DNA from: Synergistales bacterium
GTDB taxonomy: Bacteria > Synergistota > Synergistia > Synergistales > JAFGMB01
Assembly: GCA_963666205.1 (NCBI GenBank)
Contig: OY762654.1
Coordinates: forward strand, 2,656,001-2,720,000
DNA: 64,000 nt
Direction: 5' to 3'
A model generated the notes under the pieces. The model worked only from the letters and a program-made list of their open reading frames with translations, ran no database searches and was not told the origin of the DNA. Shown piece after piece: positions 49,716-59,356 of this stretch. The translations under genes were made by a program, and so were the position numbers. Positions within the stretch are counted from its first letter, which is position 1, and every line of letters begins with the position of its first letter.

Positions 49716-52700
49716 TTAATAGCTGAGTGGATTTGCGTGTAATTCCCTTCCAGCTGTCCTGGCAGTATTGGAAATTATCCACGCAAGATCTCTGGCTTCT
49801 CCTTTTGTAAAGGGGCCTGCCATTATATCTACCTGGCGGCCGCAGAGATTCGTAAAAGTTCCGTTCTTTTCGGCCCAGGATGTTAAAGGCAGGACGAATT
49901 CAGCCCATTCACAACTCTCGAAACGATTACTGTTAAGTATTACAAGGTTGTCGAGTTTCTGAAGATCTTCTTTCGTAAAACCAGCAGATAACGGGTCGAG
50001 ATCTACAGCAAAGAGGTTTCTGATCTGTCCATTTTTAACTCTTTCCAGAAGTTCCATCATGGAAAGAGAAGAGAGATCTATATTAATAGCTCCCTGCATA
50101 TTCGCTTCCCGGTAAAGGAGGAAGAAAGATTTCTTGTCAAGCTTTTCCATCAGCTCAAGGACTTTTTCAGTTCTCGATCTGCAAGCTGCAACTTTACTTC
50201 CCCACATTGTGACCAGGCCTTTGCTTTCGAGAAGCAGTTTTACACACCTGCCTATTTCAGTTGAAGAAATACCTGTCAGGGACTCCGTATGTTCGAGAGT
50301 ATACAGCTTCAGCCTGTCCTCATCATGACCTTCAGTCTTCCTGATCACTTCTGCAAGGATACCCTTAAGAAGATCTTCTTCTGTCCCTTGCTTTGGAGAC
50401 AGGACCATAGAGTCACCTTTCCCTAAAATTCCGGGATCGTTTCCAAGATAAATGACCTGGGTGGAGTTCTTCCTCATTGCACGTCTTATCCATGAAGAAA
50501 GCACGGGCTGTTCTTCATCGGTATCTGAATCTATAAGGAGAATGCAGTCTGCAGAGAGGATCTGGTCATAACCTGCTGTAGAACCATTAATTCCCCATTT
50601 TTCTTGTAGGGTTTCGATGCATGGTCTGAAGATATCAAAATCTTTTACGGTAACCGGAATATCCTGTAGAACTTCTCCTGTCAGGACCTTAAGTGCCTTC
50701 ATTTCTTCGTTGGTAAGAGATGCGCTGGTGAGGAATGCGGTGCTCTCCTTCCCTGTATTTTCAGTTATTTGTCCAATATCAGCAATTACGTCTTTCCATG
50801 CAACCTCAGTTCCATTGTGTAGAGGTGTAATGATCCTGTCCTTTGAAACATCTGTAAAGGAATATCTGCCCTTAACGCAGCAGTTGCCATAGGTCGGGGA
50901 AGCCGGATTGTCAAGATCAGTAGTTATACGAACGATTCTTTCCCTGGCGGTGTCAAGATTAAGGTCCAGTTCACAACCTACAGGGCATTTATTACATGTT
51001 GTTTTGACTATCTCTGGTTTTTCAGTATGTGGCCATCTGGGTGCCCGTTTTTCGACCAATGCACCTACTGGACATACCTGTGTGCAGAGTCCGCAGAAAG
51101 TACAATCCGAATCCTCAATAGGAACAAAGAACTGGGGAGCCATTACTGATTCAAATCCTCTTTTTGCAAAATCAATCGCGTGGAATCCGGCTATCTCGTC
51201 ACAGGCTCTGACGCATCTCCCGCAAAGGATACATTTATCCATATTTCGCACGTAGTACTCGTTTGCATACTCTTCTTTGGGAATATGTTCACCGGCGACC
51301 CTTGATGGATCCACCTCGTAATCGATGGCATACTTCCTGAGTTTACATTCAAAAACATCTTCACACCCGCATTCAAGGCATCTTGATGCATCTCTGAGAA
51401 CCTGTTCTTCAGTAAGGCCAGCGTTATATTCTTCAAAGGGTTTTGACATGCGTGTTTTTGCCTGGACATGAGCTGGCTGTTCCCGGGGTTGTTTTTCCCT
51501 GTCAGTAAAATCTTCAGGTCCAAGATCATCTCTTGTAACATCAAAATAGAAAGGTTTTTTAGCATAACCATGAGTAAGATAATGATCGATTGAATCAACT
51601 GCCCAGTGGCCATTTCCTATCGCTTCAATGGCTATCTTCGGACCTGTCTGCTGGTCTCCGCAAACAAAGACACCTGGAAGGGGAGTAGCGTAATCCTCAT
51701 TAACTATCATTTTTCTGCCGTCATGAATAGATCCTGGAAGACCTGTAAAGTCAGTTTTCTGTCCAATAGCTGCTATAACGTTATCAACATCAATTGAAAA
51801 TGTTTCTCCTGTTGCTACGGGTCTTCTTCTTCCAGAAGCGTCTGGTTCGCCAAGTTCCATCTTCTCACAGATGATCCTTTCGACTTTTCCCTTCCCTTCG
51901 ACTTTAGTTGGAGAAGCAAGGAAGATGAAATTGATGCCTTCTTCCATAGCTTCTTCAATCTCGATATCTTCAGCAGGCATCTCGGCCCTGGTCCTTCGAT
52001 AAATTACAGATACTTCTTCAGCCCCGAGTCTTTTGGCGCATCTGCAGGCATCCATTGCGGTGTTTCCTCCGCCTATAACCGCCACTTTCTTGCCAAGAAC
52101 TGCAGGATTTCCGCTATTAACTGTATAAAGGAAGTCAATGCCTCCGAGAACTCCAGGGAGATCTTCCCCTTCAGCTCTCATTGGAGAGGAGGACCAGCAA
52201 CCCATCGCGAGAAGAACTGCATCATTATCATTCCTTAGTTCATCAAGAGTTATATCTCTGCCAAGACATGTGTTTGTCCTTACTGTAACACCATGTCCTA
52301 ACAACCAGTCTATTTCACTCTGAAGGACATTCTGTGGAAGTCTGTAATCGGGAATACCATAGCGCATCATTCCACCAAGCAGAGGTTCCTTGTCGATGAG
52401 AGTTACCTGATATCCTTTGAGTCTCAGGTAATATGCAGCTGAAACTCCAGCTGGGCCTCCGCCAACTACAGCAACAGACTTGCCATTTTCCTTTATGGAA
52501 GGGATGGTTCCCAGAAATCCTTTTTCAAGGGCTACATCTCCGACGAATCTTTTTATCTCCCTTATGGATACAGGTTCTTCGTCCACGAAGTTTCTTCGGC
52601 ATTTTTCCTGACAGGGGGCTGGACATACCCTTCCTATACTGGCTGGAAGAGTTACATGTTCATGGAGTATGTCCAGAGATTCTTTGTATTTTCCCTGTGC

Positions 52701-53066
52701 AGCGAGATTAATATATGCCTGCACATTCCCATTTGCGGGACAGGTCAATGTACATGGCGGTCTGCAGTCACCAACATGGTCGGAAAGGAGGAGTTCCAGT
52801 GCAAGCTTGCGTGCATTTACAGCTCTTGCTGATCTTGTGTTGATTTCCATGCCATTAGAAATAGTAGCCGAACAGGCCCTTACAAGGCTTTTTGCTCCTT
52901 TTACTTCTACCAGGCATACTGAACACCCTCCGTGAACTGACAGGTGGGGATCATAACACAGAGTGGGTATCTCTATTCCACATTCGCTACAGAGATCGAG
53001 TATCTTCTGATCCGGTAAGCCATAAACTTCTTTCCCATTCAGGATTACTTTAACTGTTCTTTCCAT
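49716..53066 (-). CDS. StnC/NfnA-like large subunit: 2Fe-2S, GltD-like FAD/NADPH domain, FeS clusters and a cofactor-less Fdh-alpha-like domain
   Basis: IPTLC..CSVC..C; GRVCPAPC, GGGPAG, GGGNTAMD, YRRTR; CILCGRC, CTFCGLC; TTCNKCPVGC..CVKG. The Mo-ligand Cys/Sec region looks degenerate. Confidence 0.85.
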   Translation of the reverse strand: MERTVKVILNGKEVYGLPDQKILDLCSECGIEIPTLCYDPHLSVHGGCSVCLVEVKGAKSLVRACSATISNGMEINTRSARAVNARKLALELLLSDHVGDCRPPCTLTCPANGNVQAYINLAAQGKYKESLDILHEHVTLPASIGRVCPAPCQEKCRRNFVDEEPVSIREIKRFVGDVALEKGFLGTIPSIKENGKSVAVVGGGPAGVSAAYYLRLKGYQVTLIDKEPLLGGMMRYGIPDYRLPQNVLQSEIDWLLGHGVTVRTNTCLGRDITLDELRNDNDAVLLAMGCWSSSPMRAEGEDLPGVLGGIDFLYTVNSGNPAVLGKKVAVIGGGNTAMDACRCAKRLGAEEVSVIYRRTRAEMPAEDIEIEEAMEEGINFIFLASPTKVEGKGKVERIICEKMELGEPDASGRRRPVATGETFSIDVDNVIAAIGQKTDFTGLPGSIHDGRKMIVNEDYATPLPGVFVCGDQQTGPKIAIEAIGNGHWAVDSIDHYLTHGYAKKPFYFDVTRDDLGPEDFTDREKQPREQPAHVQAKTRMSKPFEEYNAGLTEEQVLRDASRCLECGCEDVFECKLRKYAIDYEVDPSRVAGEHIPKEEYANEYYVRNMDKCILCGRCVRACDEIAGFHAIDFAKRGFESVMAPQFFVPIEDSDCTFCGLCTQVCPVGALVEKRAPRWPHTEKPEIVKTTCNKCPVGCELDLNLDTARERIVRITTDLDNPASPTYGNCCVKGRYSFTDVSKDRIITPLHNGTEVAWKDVIADIGQITENTGKESTAFLTSASLTNEEMKALKVLTGEVLQDIPVTVKDFDIFRPCIETLQEKWGINGSTAGYDQILSADCILLIDSDTDEEQPVLSSWIRRAMRKNSTQVIYLGNDPGILGKGDSMVLSPKQGTEEDLLKGILAEVIRKTEGHDEDRLKLYTLEHTESLTGISSTEIGRCVKLLLESKGLVTMWGSKVAACRSRTEKVLELMEKLDKKSFFLLYREANMQGAINIDLSSLSMMELLERVKNGQIRNLFAVDLDPLSAGFTKEDLQKLDNLVILNSNRFESCEWAEFVLPLTSWAEKNGTFTNLCGRQVDIMAGPFTKGEARDLAWIISNTARTAGRELHANPLSY

Positions 53067-53084
53067 AACGTCAGATATCCTCCC

Positions 53085-54854
53085 TTATTCCACGCTAACG
53101 GCGTTAACCGGGCAGACTTCTATGCATTTCCCGCAGCGAACACAGATACTGTCGTCAATTACATGGGGCTTTTTAATTTCTCCGGATATTGCATTGACAG
53201 GGCAGTTCCTGGCACATTTAGTGCAACCGATGCATTTTTCAGGATCAATACTGTATTTTATGAGAGAAGTACATACTTTAGCAGGGCATTTCTTATCCTG
53301 TATGTGGGCTTCATACTCTTCCCGGAAATACTTTAGAGTTGTAAGAACAGGATTGGGAGCTGTCTGACCAAGGCCGCAGAGTGAGCCATCCTTTATCTGG
53401 TAGGCAAGTTCTTCCAGTAGATCCAGATCTTTCATTTTCCCTTCACCTGTGGATATTCTTTCCAGAATTTCAAGCATCCTCTTTGTTCCGATTCTGCAGA
53501 AGGGACATTTGCCGCAGGATTCTTTCTGAACAAATGAAAGGAAGAATTTGGCAACATCTACGATACAGGTAGCTTCATCCATAATTACCATGCCACCTGA
53601 ACCCATTATGGCTCCAGTGGCATTAATGGATTCGTAGTCAACAGGTGTATCCAGGAGAGCTTCGGGGATACATCCTCCAGACGGTCCTCCAAGCTGGACA
53701 GCTTTGAATTTTTTATTGTTGGGGATACCACCGGCAACCTGAAAAATAACATCTCGCAGAGGCATGCCCATAGGAACTTCTGCCAGTCCACCCTTATTGA
53801 CTTTCCCGGCAAGGGCGAAAACCTTTGTTCCCCTGCTTCTGCCTATCCCATATCGGTTAAAGGCACTTGCACCGTTGGTTATGATCCAGGGAATATTTGC
53901 CAGGGTTTCCACGTTATTGATGTTTGTGGGTTTACCGAAAACTCCCTTATTGGCAGGGAAGGGTGGTCTGGGGCGAGGCATTCCCCTCTGACCCTCTATT
54001 GATGCTATCATAGCTGTTTCTTCTCCGCATACGAAGGCTCCTGCTCCTTCTTTAATGTGGATATCAAAACAGAAATCCGTTCCCATTATGTTATCACCAA
54101 GAAGTTTCTTTTCCCTGGCCTGCTCCAGAGCAGTGTTAAGATGTTTTATAGCAAGTGGGTACTCTGCTCTGCAGTAGATTATCCCTTCACTTGCACCGAT
54201 AGCATAACCTCCGATGGCCATGCCTTCTATTATGCTGTGGGGGTCCCCTTCCAGAACTGAACGGTCCATAAAGGCACCCGGGTCGCCTTCGTCAGCATTA
54301 CAGACAAAATATTTCATGTCTGATTTTGCCATATGAGCGAATTTCCACTTCAGGCCAGTAGGAAAGCCTGCTCCCCCTCTTCCTCGCAAACCGCTATCCA
54401 GAACCTCATTGATAACCTCCATGGGGCTCATTTCCTTGAGGGCTTTTTCCAGACCCTTGTAACCTTCTCTTTCAATATATTCATCAATATTTTCTGGATC
54501 TATGAGTCCGCTGTTCCTCAAAACTATACGAACCTGATTTTCTAGTCTTGGATTTTCAGGGGCTTCATCAGAATTATTCAGGACCACATATTTTTTAATG
54601 GTTTCACCCTGACCAATATGTTTTTCTACGATCTCTTCAGCTATAGCCTCATCGACCTTTCCATAGGTTATCCTGGAATTACCTTTTTCTATTTCAACAA
54701 GCGGTTCCAGATAACAGAAACCTATACAGCCGACTTTCTTGATTTCCACATCATCTCGATCTTTTAACATTTCAGTGAGTCTTTTATAGACAGGTTCGGC
54801 TCCTGCTGCAACACCGCAACTGGCCATCCCCACCTTTACCAGAGTCTTTGGCAA
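53085..54854 (-). CDS. NuoF/HydB-like subunit (StnB-like)
   Basis: TTG 54854 follows [50 protein letters not shown]-terminal 2x[4Fe-4S]. Confidence 0.93.
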   Translation of the reverse strand: MPKTLVKVGMASCGVAAGAEPVYKRLTEMLKDRDDVEIKKVGCIGFCYLEPLVEIEKGNSRITYGKVDEAIAEEIVEKHIGQGETIKKYVVLNNSDEAPENPRLENQVRIVLRNSGLIDPENIDEYIEREGYKGLEKALKEMSPMEVINEVLDSGLRGRGGAGFPTGLKWKFAHMAKSDMKYFVCNADEGDPGAFMDRSVLEGDPHSIIEGMAIGGYAIGASEGIIYCRAEYPLAIKHLNTALEQAREKKLLGDNIMGTDFCFDIHIKEGAGAFVCGEETAMIASIEGQRGMPRPRPPFPANKGVFGKPTNINNVETLANIPWIITNGASAFNRYGIGRSRGTKVFALAGKVNKGGLAEVPMGMPLRDVIFQVAGGIPNNKKFKAVQLGGPSGGCIPEALLDTPVDYESINATGAIMGSGGMVIMDEATCIVDVAKFFLSFVQKESCGKCPFCRIGTKRMLEILERISTGEGKMKDLDLLEELAYQIKDGSLCGLGQTAPNPVLTTLKYFREEYEAHIQDKKCPAKVCTSLIKYSIDPEKCIGCTKCARNCPVNAISGEIKKPHVIDDSICVRCGKCIEVCPVNAVSVE

Positions 54855-54873
54855 TATGGACACCTCCAAATAA

Positions 54874-55362
54874 TTACTTATCCCGATAGGATTCAAGTAT
54901 ACTGATAGCCTTGTCGGGAGTTAGCCTTCCGTGAACTTCATCCCCCACCATCATGACAGGTGCCAGGCTGCAGCATCCAAGACAGGCCACGTACTGTAAA
55001 GTGAACATGCCGTCAGAAGTTGTTTCTCCATCCTTGATTTTGAAATGCCTCTGTATCTGATCGCCTATCAGGGCCGAACCCTGAACATGGCATGCAGTCC
55101 CTCTGCAGACCCTGACTACATATTTCCCCTCCGGTTGCATCCGGAACATAGCATAAAAGGTCGCCACTCCAAAAAGTTCTGCTGCTGGAATATCAGCTTT
55201 TTCTGCAAGATAATCCACCGCTTCCTCTGCTACATAGCCTAGTTCTTTCTGAACATCTGCCAGCAGTGGAATTGTTACGCCCTTTTTGCCCCTGTATTTT
55301 TCAATAATAGGATCAAGGCGTTTAGACATGTTTTCGATGCCTTTAGCAGGCGAAGACGTCAT
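54874..55362 (-). CDS. NuoE/HydC-like subunit (StnA-like)
   Basis: GVATFY, VCRGTACHV, CLGCCSLAP; AGAGGAGG RBS. Confidence 0.93.
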   Translation of the reverse strand: MTSSPAKGIENMSKRLDPIIEKYRGKKGVTIPLLADVQKELGYVAEEAVDYLAEKADIPAAELFGVATFYAMFRMQPEGKYVVRVCRGTACHVQGSALIGDQIQRHFKIKDGETTSDGMFTLQYVACLGCCSLAPVMMVGDEVHGRLTPDKAISILESYRDK

Positions 55363-55597
55363 TGAATGTCCCTCCTCTGGAATAGTAATTAGCGTGCGAT
55401 CATCCCCACTTCAAACTTTATTATTATAACTGCAAGCTGGTCATTGGCAAACTGACCTCAGGTACCATTTTATTGCGAGTTTTTTGGGCCAACTGGACAA
55501 AAATCTATAATTAAGTACTTCTGATATAATATTGTTGACATGATACGTTAAAATAAGTATATACCCATAAGGGTAAAACAATTAAGGAGGGATTGCG

Positions 55598-55834
55598 ATG
55601 GATGTCAGAGTATTTTCAACTCCTACATGACCCTGGTGTACAAAGGTAAAGGATTACCTTATGAAAAAGGGAATACAGTTTGAATATATTGACGTAAGTG
55701 CCAACAGGGAAGCCGCAATGGAAATGGTCCGTAAAACAAAGCAGATGGGTGTCCCGGTAACTCAGATAGGTGAAGAGTTTGTCGTCGGTTATGATACTGC
55801 AAGGATAGATGAACTGCTTGCAAAAACAGAATAA
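55598..55834 (+). CDS. Selenocysteine-containing glutaredoxin/NrdH-like redoxin (UPWC; 78 aa; absent from the ORF track)
   Basis: AAGGAGG RBS. MDVRVFSTPT-TGA(55628-55630)-PWCTKVKDYL...QMGVPV...VVGYD; hairpin AAGGTAA-AGGA-TTACCTT at 55643-55660. Confidence 0.9.
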
Positions 55835-55905
55835 CACCGCAGCTGTTGTTCACTGATTATGTAGATCAGAAATTATGTTGTATCTATAATTAAAGCTGTT
55901 ATTAC

Positions 55906-55928
55906 GGGCCCTTTTCAGGGCCTTTTTT
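55906..55928 (+). terminator. Terminator after the seleno-glutaredoxin
   Basis: GGCCCT-TTTC-AGGGCC followed by TTTTTT. Confidence 0.7.
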
Positions 55929-55989
55929 ATCATGCTGTTACAATAGATATAGTTTCAATTTTCATAGTCTGGATCAGGGGGGGTAGATT

Positions 55990-57372
55990 ATGGATTTTTT
56001 AAAATTGGTGTATGGAGGTTCTACAGGGGTGGAATTTAAGGGGCCTGCAGTAGATCCTGTCGAATTGGAGAAACTTCAGAACAGGCTTGAGGAAGCTGAT
56101 AAATGGTTAAGACAAGGAATAGATAAAGGAAAGGACGGGTTTGGCTGGCTTCAACTTCCTTACCAGCAAACTGAGCATATATTTGAGTATGGTAATTGGC
56201 TTGGTAACTTTAAACATGTTATCCAGATAGGAATTGGCGGATCAGCTCTTGGTAATCTAATGCTCAGAAATGCTCTTGTTCATCCATATTACAATGAAAT
56301 TCCCTTGCAAAAAAGAAAGGGGCCGGCCTTTTATGTTGCAGATAACGTCGATCCCAATGGTAGTACGGCCATTCTAGACGTTGTAGATATCTCCCGAACG
56401 GCTCTTATTGTGGTCAGCAAGTCAGGTTCTACTGCTGAGACCATGGCAAACTTCCTGTATTTCTTCCATCAGTTGGAAATGGCAGTGGGAGCATCCATAG
56501 CTCCTGATCACGTCCTCGTTATAACCGATGAGTCCCGAGGTAGTCTGCGTGCCTTTGCAAAAGATACTGGCTGTAGAAGCCTTACCATACCATCTGGTGT
56601 AGGTGGACGTTATTCAGTTCTTTCTGCTGTCGGCCTGGTTTCAGCGGTTGCCATGGGAATTGATATTGAAAAGCTTCTTGAAGGGGCAGGAGAGGTTGAC
56701 GGGAAACTGAGATCACGGAAAGTGATTATGGATAATCCTGCCTGGATATTGTCTGCCCTTCATTACCTTCATTATCGAAAAGGAAGAAATATTGATGTCC
56801 TGATGCCTTATTCGGACAGACTTGAAGATTTTGTCGAATGGTATGCGCAGTTATGTGCAGAAAGTCTGGGTAAACAAGGACAGGGTTTTACTCCTGTAAG
56901 AGCTCTGGGAAGTATTGATCAGCACTCTCAGGTTCAGCTGTACACAGAAGGTCCGGATGATAAACTCTTCACTATTATAGAAGTAAAGAAAGCTGACAAT
57001 CCGATCTTCATACCCGGGGTGGATCAGCCAGCTCTGAAAGAATTATCATATCTTTATGAAAAAGAAATGGGACAGATGCTTTCCTTTGAAGCTATGGCTA
57101 CTGCGGCAGCCATATACAGATCCGGTAAACCTGTTTTATGGATAGAACTTGAAGAACTTTCACCCAGAACTCTTGGTGGAATGATATTCTTTTTCGAATA
57201 CGTAGTTGCACTTACAGGACGTCTTCTTGAGATCGATCCATTTGATCAGCCGGGGGTGGAACAGGGAAAGCGTTATACCTATGGGTTTATGGGTAGAAAA
57301 GGATACGGGGAACACCGTAGAGAAGCTGAAGATCTTTTCAATATGCTGCATCGGAATTCCATTGAACTCTAG
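55990..57372 (+). CDS. pgi: Glucose-6-phosphate isomerase
   Basis: GIGGSALG, SKSGSTAET, GGRYSV, AESLGK, DQHSQVQL, DQPGVEQGK. Confidence 0.95.
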   Translation: MDFLKLVYGGSTGVEFKGPAVDPVELEKLQNRLEEADKWLRQGIDKGKDGFGWLQLPYQQTEHIFEYGNWLGNFKHVIQIGIGGSALGNLMLRNALVHPYYNEIPLQKRKGPAFYVADNVDPNGSTAILDVVDISRTALIVVSKSGSTAETMANFLYFFHQLEMAVGASIAPDHVLVITDESRGSLRAFAKDTGCRSLTIPSGVGGRYSVLSAVGLVSAVAMGIDIEKLLEGAGEVDGKLRSRKVIMDNPAWILSALHYLHYRKGRNIDVLMPYSDRLEDFVEWYAQLCAESLGKQGQGFTPVRALGSIDQHSQVQLYTEGPDDKLFTIIEVKKADNPIFIPGVDQPALKELSYLYEKEMGQMLSFEAMATAAAIYRSGKPVLWIELEELSPRTLGGMIFFFEYVVALTGRLLEIDPFDQPGVEQGKRYTYGFMGRKGYGEHRREAEDLFNMLHRNSIEL

Positions 57373-57397
57373 GTTTATGAATTTCTTAAAGCGGAAA

Positions 57398-57436
57398 CAG
57401 GCAGAGGAAAGGGGAATAATCCCTTTCCTCTGCCTG
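57398..57436. terminator. Hairpin between convergent genes
   Basis: 16-bp arms CAGGCAGAGGAAAGGG/CCCTTTCCTCTGCCTG. Confidence 0.8.
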
Positions 57437-57459
57437 AGAGCTCATGTTTGATCTATGAC

Positions 57460-59205
57460 TTAAATGTGTTTGTCAACCTTGTCTGCGATTACGATTCCAG
57501 TGTTTGCCCCACCGTCCAGATATACTGAAAAAGAACCTGTGTAGATTCTTATTGAAGGATCTGGTCCTAGAGCATAGGGCTTATGATCAAAAAAACTTTC
57601 ATCAAATATGTTTCTGTCTTCGCCCTGGTAAACCGGCATATAAAGTATTTCATCGATCTCAAGATCTGTAAAGAAATGTGTTCCGAAAGAAAGTTCGGGC
57701 ATAAACCCTTCCTTGGGAATGCCAAGTTCGACGATACAACAGCAATTCGTTATTTCATCATATCTGACGGGCACTCCCAGAAGAGGATTACTTGACCCAA
57801 CCCTTCCAGGTGCGACCAGAATAAATTTCTTTTTCCCGAGATTGTAATTAACCTGTCCTATTCCTCTTGCAATATCACACCAGTTCTTGGCAACGCAGTA
57901 TAGCTTATGATCCACCATAACCAGGAAGGGAATATCTTTTTTCTGACCGTCCGTAACCATCCTGTCGGCTTTAAGAATAATGTTGGATGAAGTCATATCA
58001 GGCATAGGTGCTGATTGTAGAGAATCCCTGACCCATAGAGGTCTTGATTGAATAAGTTCGATCAGGTCCTCCGTAGGATGGTACGCGAACTCTACATCAG
58101 CAGGTACTCCCATAGATTCATCCAGGATCTTTAATACTTTTTTCATTCTGATGAAGAAATTCTTTGAACGATTGGCAAATTCTTCAAAGGTAAAACAGAT
58201 TTTTGAATCCCTGTCTATACAGAAACTACCCTTTCCCATCCTTCTGAAGTATCCGCCCTCAACGTCCGAGGTGTAGACTTGGGCATATTCGGGGAAACAG
58301 CTGTGAAAGGGAACAATATCCTTCCAGATGTCTTTGATATGAACTGTTACGAGATCCCGTTTTTCTCTATCAACAACCTGGAAATGTTCCTGGGAATGTC
58401 TCATGATATTAAAGGGATTTTGGCCCTCTGGTCTTAGACTGGGCATTGTAAGGGAGAAAGATCTGGCGTAACCTCTCTTAGTACTGGTGGTTCCCATCCC
58501 GAAAACCAGTCTGATTATACCGTCTTCAGGCTTGATCCTGGTTGTCCATCTTCTGTAGTATTTGGAAAATCCGACTCCGGCAAGGGTGGGGTAGTAATAC
58601 CTGCCCCGCCATTTTCCGGAAACTCTCATGACAATTATTCCCATCTGGTCCGTGCCAAGACTGTGCTTCTCGCGGTAGGCTACGGCTATGGGGAAATAAA
58701 CCCTGGAAAAGATCTTCTTCATCTCGTTCTCCACGAGTCTGACTCTTTCTTCAAGATCCTTTTCATCGTTTATCAGAAAGGTGGATAGGTACTTCCCGGC
58801 AAAAGAGTATTTAAGTGAATCTTCGAGGATACTGCTGCTTCTCACGACGATCGGATCTTTGATCCTGGTCAGGAATATCCTTAGAGAATTTGTTACGTAG
58901 ATAGGTAATTCAGTTTCCAGGAACCGGTTTTCAATTGTTTCCGGATCCCTTGTCACAAGTGAATCAAGATCTTCAATCTGGTTCAGGACATATTCATATA
59001 TGCTCACAGCAAAGAAAAGGGAAGGTGGGAATATGACCTTCGCTGCAAGTTCTTCATCTTGGTCCCACAGTTTCCTGATGCCATAAAGGAGAGATCTACC
59101 TTTGCCTCCGATATGACCTTCACCTACTATAAGAGGGGCGAATTGAGGGTCTTTCTGGGGATCCCAGGAAAAGTATTCCTGAACTGTCTTATCATTTACA
59201 GTCAT
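57460..59205 (-). CDS. Stand-alone PPDK/PEP-synthase N-terminal (ATP-grasp) domain protein
   Basis: IGGKG, VVRSSSILEDS..SFAGKY, GMGT, DVEFA, QSRP; C-terminal PGRVGSS..LGVPV and SFGTHFF. ATG 59205 follows AGGAG. Confidence 0.8.
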   Translation of the reverse strand: MTVNDKTVQEYFSWDPQKDPQFAPLIVGEGHIGGKGRSLLYGIRKLWDQDEELAAKVIFPPSLFFAVSIYEYVLNQIEDLDSLVTRDPETIENRFLETELPIYVTNSLRIFLTRIKDPIVVRSSSILEDSLKYSFAGKYLSTFLINDEKDLEERVRLVENEMKKIFSRVYFPIAVAYREKHSLGTDQMGIIVMRVSGKWRGRYYYPTLAGVGFSKYYRRWTTRIKPEDGIIRLVFGMGTTSTKRGYARSFSLTMPSLRPEGQNPFNIMRHSQEHFQVVDREKRDLVTVHIKDIWKDIVPFHSCFPEYAQVYTSDVEGGYFRRMGKGSFCIDRDSKICFTFEEFANRSKNFFIRMKKVLKILDESMGVPADVEFAYHPTEDLIELIQSRPLWVRDSLQSAPMPDMTSSNIILKADRMVTDGQKKDIPFLVMVDHKLYCVAKNWCDIARGIGQVNYNLGKKKFILVAPGRVGSSNPLLGVPVRYDEITNCCCIVELGIPKEGFMPELSFGTHFFTDLEIDEILYMPVYQGEDRNIFDESFFDHKPYALGPDPSIRIYTGSFSVYLDGGANTGIVIADKVDKHI

Positions 59206-59356
59206 ATGATTTCTCCTAATCTTGGTATCTCTCTTATGACTTTCACGTTTATGCAAACCTCATATCGCATTGTATCCATCTGATACAGATATTCCTATTC
59301 TAGCAGAAATCACCAGGAACCTGATATTCTCTATGCTTTGTTTTAAACTCAATATT

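Noticed and set aside
49716-53066. Formate dehydrogenase alpha or glutamate synthase small subunit
   Set aside because: The Mo-ligand motif is absent and there is no gltB; the architecture fits StnC.
55616-55853. Two minus-strand ORFs in the track
   Set aside because: Antisense shadows of the plus-strand seleno-glutaredoxin.
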